Assembly (NCBI GenBank): GCA_022792815.1
Contig: JAAWBS010000048.1
Span: 4,022-68,021 of the forward strand
Reading direction: 5' to 3'
DNA length: 64,000 nt
Origin: Hungatella sp.
Lineage (GTDB): Bacteria; Bacillota; Clostridia; Lachnospirales; Lachnospiraceae
In this document: in pieces, positions 58,673 to 64,000 of the stretch
Position numbering within the stretch: the first letter of the stretch is position 1
How the letters are laid out: every line of letters begins with the position of its first letter
Notes under the pieces: model-generated
The model's database searches: none
What the model was told of the DNA's origin: nothing
Seen by the model: only the letters and a program-made list of their open reading frames with translations
Translations under genes and position numbers: made by a program

Positions 58673-60085
58673 ATGGCAATGACAGAGAAGAAACCGGTTA
58701 AGATTGTGGAGACCGTCCTCCGTGACGCTCACCAGTCTTTGATCGCCACGAGAATGAGTACCGACCAGATGCTTCCCATCATCGATAAGATGGAAAAGAT
58801 CGGATACTATGCGGTAGAGTGCTGGGGCGGCGCTACCTTTGACGCTTCCCTGCGCTTCCTGAAAGAGGATCCATGGGAGCGTTTGAGGAAATTAAAAGAC
58901 GGCTTTAAGAATACCAAGCTGCAGATGCTCTTCCGCGGACAGAACATCTTGGGTTACAACCACTATGCGGACGACGTGGTGGAGTATTTCGTCCAGAAGT
59001 CTGTGGCCAACGGCATCGACATCATCCGTATTTTTGACTGTTTAAATGATTTGAGAAACTTACAGACCGCGGTGCGGGCATGCAATAAGGAGAAAGGACA
59101 CGCCCAGATCGCTCTGTGCTACACCTTAGGTGATGCCTACACCATGGATTACTGGAGGGATATCGCCAAAAGGATCGAGGACATGGGCGCCGACTCCATC
59201 TGTATCAAGGATATGGCCGGTCTTCTGACTCCCTATGCGGCAGAAGAGCTGGTGTCGGCATTAAAGAGTTCCACCAAGCTGCCTATCGACCTGCACACCC
59301 ACTACACCTCCGGTGTGGCTTCCATGACCTACTTGAAAGCAGTGGAGTCCGGCTGCGATATCATCGATACAGCCATGTCTCCGCTGGCGCTGGGAACCAG
59401 CCAGCCGGCGACAGAGGTGATGGTGGAGACCTTCCGCGGTACGCCCTATGACACCGGCCTTGACCAGGTGAAACTGGCAGAGATCGCCGATTACTTTACA
59501 CCTCTCAGGGAGCAGGCTCTAAAGAGCGGCCTCTTAAATCCCAAGGTGCTGGGCGTCAACATCAAGACTCTCCAGTATCAGGTGCCCGGCGGCATGCTCT
59601 CCAACCTGGTGTCCCAGTTAAAAGAGGCAGGCAAGGAAGACAAGTACCGGGAGGTATTGGAGGAGATCCCCAGAGTGAGAAAAGATTTCGGCGAGCCCCC
59701 TCTTGTAACTCCCTCCTCCCAGATCGTGGGAACCCAGGCTGTCATGAATGTCATCGGGGGCGAGCGCTACAAGATGGTGCCAAAGGAGTCCAAGAAGATC
59801 ATGTTAGGCGAGTTTGGTCAGACCGTAAAGCCATTCAACCCGGAGGTACAAAAGAAGATCATCGGCGACGAGACTCCTATCACCTGCCGCCCCGCAGATC
59901 TGATTCCGCCCCAGCTGCCTCAGTTCGAGAAGGAGTGTGCCCAGTGGAAGCAGCAGGATGAGGATGTCCTCTCCTACGCCCTGTTCCCCAAGGTAGCCGA
60001 GGAGTTCTTCAAATACAGAGAAGCTCAGCAGACCAAAATCGATTCCTCCGCCGCCGACACCGGCAGCAAGGCCTATCCGGTATAA
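58673..60085 (+). CDS. oadA: Oxaloacetate decarboxylase alpha / pyruvate carboxyltransferase (no biotin domain)
   Basis: LRDAHQSL, ECWGGATFD, HTH, PGGMLSNL, LVTPSSQIVG. Confidence 0.92.
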   Translation: MAMTEKKPVKIVETVLRDAHQSLIATRMSTDQMLPIIDKMEKIGYYAVECWGGATFDASLRFLKEDPWERLRKLKDGFKNTKLQMLFRGQNILGYNHYADDVVEYFVQKSVANGIDIIRIFDCLNDLRNLQTAVRACNKEKGHAQIALCYTLGDAYTMDYWRDIAKRIEDMGADSICIKDMAGLLTPYAAEELVSALKSSTKLPIDLHTHYTSGVASMTYLKAVESGCDIIDTAMSPLALGTSQPATEVMVETFRGTPYDTGLDQVKLAEIADYFTPLREQALKSGLLNPKVLGVNIKTLQYQVPGGMLSNLVSQLKEAGKEDKYREVLEEIPRVRKDFGEPPLVTPSSQIVGTQAVMNVIGGERYKMVPKESKKIMLGEFGQTVKPFNPEVQKKIIGDETPITCRPADLIPPQLPQFEKECAQWKQQDEDVLSYALFPKVAEEFFKYREAQQTKIDSSAADTGSKAYPV

Positions 60086-60122
60086 AACCATAAGTTTTTC
60101 ATGGAACAACCAGTTATATAGA

Positions 60123-60219
60123 GCACAGGGGAACATGTATTCCCGGCGAAGACCATTGGAACCAGTCGGTCCATCCAAGCGAGAGCGGGTCTTAAGTGGG
60201 AATACATGTTCCCCTGTGC
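60123..60219. repeat. 22-bp perfect inverted repeat enclosing a structured core
   Basis: gcacaggggaacatgtattccc (60123-60144) / gggaatacatgttcccctgtgc (60198-60219). Confidence 0.9.
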
Positions 60220-60276
60220 GTACTTTCGCATCCTCCCGCAAAATGAAAACTTTCCCTTAAAATTAATTGAACTTAG

Positions 60277-60306
60277 TTGACATATGACCTGTAATATCCT
60301 TATAAT
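60277..60306 (+). promoter_or_regulatory. Consensus sigma-A promoter
   Basis: TTGACA-N18-TATAAT. Confidence 0.8.
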
Positions 60307-60351
60307 GGCATCAACATGTCTGCACAAGGAAAAAGTACAGGAGAGGAACAA

Positions 60352-62610
60352 ATGAGAAAAAGAACGTTCAAACAGGGGCTGGCAGTCCTGCTGGTCCTGT
60401 TTATGACCATAAATTATGCCGGCAGTTATCTGGGCAGGTCTCCTGTAGTCAGCCTGGCGGATACGGCGGCCACAGTCAATGCCACCAGCCTGAATGTGAG
60501 AAGCGGTCCCGGGACATCCTATGGGACAGTGGGGAAACTGTCCTATGGAGTATCGATCAATGTGATGGGACAGTCCACAGGCAGCGACGGAAAAGTGTGG
60601 TATCAGATCAGCTTCGCCCAAAACGGTGCTTGGGCCACCGGATATGTGCGGTCTGACTATGTAAAATTTCCCACCTCTTATCAGTCCGACGGGAATTTTG
60701 AGAGATATCTGACCGATCAGGGATTTCCCGAGAGCTATAAGCCGGGACTGCGGCAGCTTCACGCAGAGCATCCCAACTGGGTGTTTACGGCCCAGCATAC
60801 CAATCTGTCCTGGAATGAAGTGATCGACAACGAGAGCGTGGTGGGCAGGAATCTGGTAGCCGGAAGCAGCCCGTCCTCCTGGAAATCCATGGCCGACGGC
60901 GCCTACAACTGGGAGACAGGGACCTGGCCGTCTTTTGACAGCGGTTCCTGGGTGGCGGCATCCAGGGAGATTGTCAGTTACTATATGGATCCGAGAAATT
61001 TTTTAAATGAAAAGTATGTGTTTCAGTTTTTGATGCATCGCTATAACAGCGGCATCCACACCATCGACGGCATAAAAAACATGGTCCAGGGGACCTTTCT
61101 GGATCGTTCCGTGGATGTCAGCGGAAGTCTCTCTTCAGGTGCCGCGGAAGTAGGCCCGGGAGTATCAGGGGGGAGCGGCGATTTCCAGATCGGCGGCGGG
61201 ACCAATGGGGAGACGGCAGGTCCCGGAGTGTCGGGGCCTGGCGGCAGTACGGGAAATTCGGGCAGTGGTCCGGGGGGAAGCGGTTCGGAAAATTCCGGAG
61301 TGACCTCCGGCGGAAACCAGGGTCCCGGCACCTTCGGCGGTTCAGGCGGTCACAATGCCGCAGTGCAGCCCGGGGTCAGTCCCGGCAGCAGCGGTACAGG
61401 GAGCTCCGGCAGCTCGGCTCCGACGGCTTCTGGCAACGGCCAGGTGGGCACAGAGGCGCCGCGGGGAAGCGGCAATTCCAATGTAAGCCTTCAGTCTCCC
61501 AGCGCCTCGATCAGCAGAAGAGAGAAGCAGCTGGTGAGTACGGCGGCAGGCCCGGGGATGACCACAGGCCCCGGTGTCCAGACGGGGGGATCTTACGGGG
61601 CCGGCAGCTCCTATTCCGCACCTATCGCCTCTTACGCGGAGATTATCATGAATGCGGCCTCTCAGTCCGGGGTAAATCCCTATGTGCTGACGGCCATGAT
61701 TCTCCAGGAACAGGGCAGCGAGGGCAGCAGGGGAATCTCAGGCACGGTTTCGGGCTATGAGGGATATTATAACTTCTTTAATATCGAGGCGTATAAATCC
61801 GGCTCCATGGAGGCCATCGAGAGAGGGTTGTGGTATGCCTCACAGTCGGGAAGCTACGGACGGCCATGGAACACGGTGGATAAGGCGATCCTGGGAGGCG
61901 CCGTCTACTATGGGACCAACTATGTCAATGCCGGCCAGGATACCTTTTATCTGAAGAAATTTAATGTTCAGGGAACGAATCTGTACAAGCATCAGTATAT
62001 GACTAATGTTCAGGCGGCGGCAGCCGAGGGGGCAAAGCTGGAAGAGGCATACAGCAGTCAGTTAAAGCAGTTGGCCCTGGAGTTTAAGATACCGGTTTTC
62101 AAGAACATGCCGGATCAGGCCTGCGCAAAGCCAAGTCAGGACGGAAGCCCCAACAACCGGCTGTCCAGTCTCAGCGTGGACGGTTTCGCCCTGACACCCA
62201 CCTTTAACAGGGAGATTACTACCTACAATCTGATCGTAGATTCCTCCGTGACCATGGTCAATGTGCGGGCATCGGCGCTGGATTCCAAGGCTGTGATCAC
62301 CGGAGTGGGGAATATCCAGCTGCAAAGCGGCAATCAGGACATCTATGTCACCGTGAAAGCGCAGAATGGGGCATCCTGCCAGTATGTGATCCATATTGTG
62401 CGCCAAAGCGGCAATCCGTCCCAGGGCCTCGGTCCTGTGCCGGGGGGAACCGGCAGCGGGGGTACCACAGGCGGACCGGGTGTGACAGGCTCGGGGGAGA
62501 CGGCAGGACCGACCATCGAGATCATAACCGGCGGGCCGGACCAGAGCAGCAGTCAGACCGGCACCACCCACACGGGTCCAGGCGGAAGCAATGTTACGAT
62601 TGTGCAATAA
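60352..62610 (+). CDS. Secreted cell-wall hydrolase: SH3b + glucosaminidase-like + cadherin-like beta-sandwich
   Basis: LNVRSGPGTSY SH3b; YYMDPRNFL, ILQEQG, YYNFFNI, HQYMTNV; LTPTFNREITTYNL. Confidence 0.82.
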   Translation: MRKRTFKQGLAVLLVLFMTINYAGSYLGRSPVVSLADTAATVNATSLNVRSGPGTSYGTVGKLSYGVSINVMGQSTGSDGKVWYQISFAQNGAWATGYVRSDYVKFPTSYQSDGNFERYLTDQGFPESYKPGLRQLHAEHPNWVFTAQHTNLSWNEVIDNESVVGRNLVAGSSPSSWKSMADGAYNWETGTWPSFDSGSWVAASREIVSYYMDPRNFLNEKYVFQFLMHRYNSGIHTIDGIKNMVQGTFLDRSVDVSGSLSSGAAEVGPGVSGGSGDFQIGGGTNGETAGPGVSGPGGSTGNSGSGPGGSGSENSGVTSGGNQGPGTFGGSGGHNAAVQPGVSPGSSGTGSSGSSAPTASGNGQVGTEAPRGSGNSNVSLQSPSASISRREKQLVSTAAGPGMTTGPGVQTGGSYGAGSSYSAPIASYAEIIMNAASQSGVNPYVLTAMILQEQGSEGSRGISGTVSGYEGYYNFFNIEAYKSGSMEAIERGLWYASQSGSYGRPWNTVDKAILGGAVYYGTNYVNAGQDTFYLKKFNVQGTNLYKHQYMTNVQAAAAEGAKLEEAYSSQLKQLALEFKIPVFKNMPDQACAKPSQDGSPNNRLSSLSVDGFALTPTFNREITTYNLIVDSSVTMVNVRASALDSKAVITGVGNIQLQSGNQDIYVTVKAQNGASCQYVIHIVRQSGNPSQGLGPVPGGTGSGGTTGGPGVTGSGETAGPTIEIITGGPDQSSSQTGTTHTGPGGSNVTIVQ

Positions 62611-62631
62611 AAAGAGAAACAGGAGACAGGA

Positions 62632-64000
62632 ATGAACAGATTGAAACCAATTTTAAGGGGAACCGCTCTGGCGGTTATCATGAGTATGGCCATGTGTTTC
62701 CCGGCCTTTGCCGCCAGGATCTCATTTTCCGACCCATCGGCGGAGGCGGGAAGCGAAGTGACTGTCAATATGAAGATTACCGCTTCGGACAGCGAGACGA
62801 TCAACAGCTCTAATGTGATGCTCTCCTATGATGCTCAGGCCCTGCAGTTTCTTCAGGGGACAGGAGCCACCGGGGATGCAGGGTCCATCCGGGTGGTAGG
62901 AGAAGCCCAGAGCGCCGATTCCAAGGAACTGGTATTCACCCTTACATTTAAAGCGCTGAAACCGGGAAGCACCGCGATTTCCGTCAGTACTCAGGAGATT
63001 TACAACAAAGACGGACAGATCGTCAATGTAGGTCAGCAGGGAAGCTCCACCATCACCGTCACAGGGGAGGCGGCCGCCTCCCAGAGTGCGGTTCTCTCGG
63101 ATCTCAAGATTTCCCCCGGTGTGCTGTCCCCGGCGTTTTCCCCGGATATTGACAGTTATACGGCGGCAGTGGACAGTGATGTGGATACGGTGACTGTCAG
63201 CGCTCCGGCTGCGGACAGCAGCGCCAGTGTCTCAGTGTCGGGGAACGAGGGACTTCAGCCTGGAGACAACGAGATCGTCTGTACCGTGACAGCGGCCGAC
63301 GGACAGACCGTGAAGATCTATCGGATTCGGGTTACCAGAGGAGAAGGAGAGGCCGGTGGAGAGAAGCCGATGGTGGCGGAAGTGCCTCTTCGGACTTACG
63401 ACAGAACCATAACCGTGCTGTCGGCAGAGGAGGGGATCGAATCTCCGGAGGGCTTTATCAAGTGTTCGGTGAATATTGACGGAAAGGCGGTGAGAGGCTG
63501 GATCCGCAGCGATCAGGCCGGTTCCGATAACCAAGCGGACTACTGCCTCTTCTACGCCATGAATGAGGAGGGGGAGAAGGGATTTTACCGCTATGACCGG
63601 ACGGAGAAGACCATACAGCGGTATTTCCAGGATCCGGCAGGGAGCGGCGGATTTGAGGAGAAATATAACAACATCGCCCAGGAGTACAATTCTCTGCTTC
63701 ACGACTATGAGATGCGGTTCTGGATCATCATAGGTCTGATCGGCCTGGCTGTGATTTTGCTGATCGTCATCATCGTCCTCGTGGCGGGAAGAGGCCAGCG
63801 AGACGATTTTATCGAGCGAAGAGAGGAAGACGACAGAGAGTGGGAGGCCGAAAAGCGGACGAAACGCCAGAGGCTGACCAGAGAAGAACAGTACTTAAGA
63901 GGCCTTGAGGAGGAGGAAGAGGAGGCCGAGAGGGAGGAGGATCTCGCCTTTATCCGAAGAGTGCAGGCTGGCAGGGCGGGAAGAAATCCCCAGATTGACT
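62632..64000 (+). CDS. Cohesin-like + cadherin-like beta-sandwich membrane protein (3' end outside window)
   Basis: Not in ORF track; MNRLKPILRG signal peptide, LSYDAQALQF, LSPAFSPDIDSYTA, TM near 63720, acidic tail; frame open at window end. Confidence 0.8.
   Translation, partial: MNRLKPILRGTALAVIMSMAMCFPAFAARISFSDPSAEAGSEVTVNMKITASDSETINSSNVMLSYDAQALQFLQGTGATGDAGSIRVVGEAQSADSKELVFTLTFKALKPGSTAISVSTQEIYNKDGQIVNVGQQGSSTITVTGEAAASQSAVLSDLKISPGVLSPAFSPDIDSYTAAVDSDVDTVTVSAPAADSSASVSVSGNEGLQPGDNEIVCTVTAADGQTVKIYRIRVTRGEGEAGGEKPMVAEVPLRTYDRTITVLSAEEGIESPEGFIKCSVNIDGKAVRGWIRSDQAGSDNQADYCLFYAMNEEGEKGFYRYDRTEKTIQRYFQDPAGSGGFEEKYNNIAQEYNSLLHDYEMRFWIIIGLIGLAVILLIVIIVLVAGRGQRDDFIERREEDDREWEAEKRTKRQRLTREEQYLRGLEEEEEEAEREEDLAFIRRVQAGRAGRNPQID

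Noticed and set aside
1-64000. tRNA, rRNA, integrase, transposase or prophage genes
   Set aside because: None recognised in the window

Overview
A chromosomal window from a flagellated Firmicute, most likely Lachnospiraceae (inferred from gene content and protein style). Bases 1-42650 are one large motility region. It holds the end of a basal-body/export operon (flgC, fliY, fliO-P-Q-R, flhB, flhA, fliA, two rod genes, cheC-cheD-cheV) and an orphan ParA/Soj plus ComFB-domain pair divergent from fliD-fliS. It also holds flgM-flgN-flgK-flgL-(DUF6470-like)-fliW-csrA, an operon with a FliK-like protein, a FlhB-C paralog, cell-wall-binding proteins, a lytic transglycosylase and a PilZ protein, then two short flagellins and a GT2-TPR/LicD glycosylation island. 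A decayed type III toxin-antitoxin locus marks the island edge. The rest is lgt, a hybrid histidine kinase, a J-domain/TPR plus HscC pair, SOS-boxed dinB, a DD-carboxypeptidase, a biotin-dependent Na+-pumping decarboxylase cluster and two cell-surface proteins. Best leads: the ParA+ComFB module in a cluster lacking flhF/flhG at their usual position, three internal CheY-P-binding-like motifs in FliY, an inverted-repeat-flanked promoter next to flgM, and a G.A-mismatch-rich four-way-junction element. All calls are from reading motifs by eye; no database searches were run.
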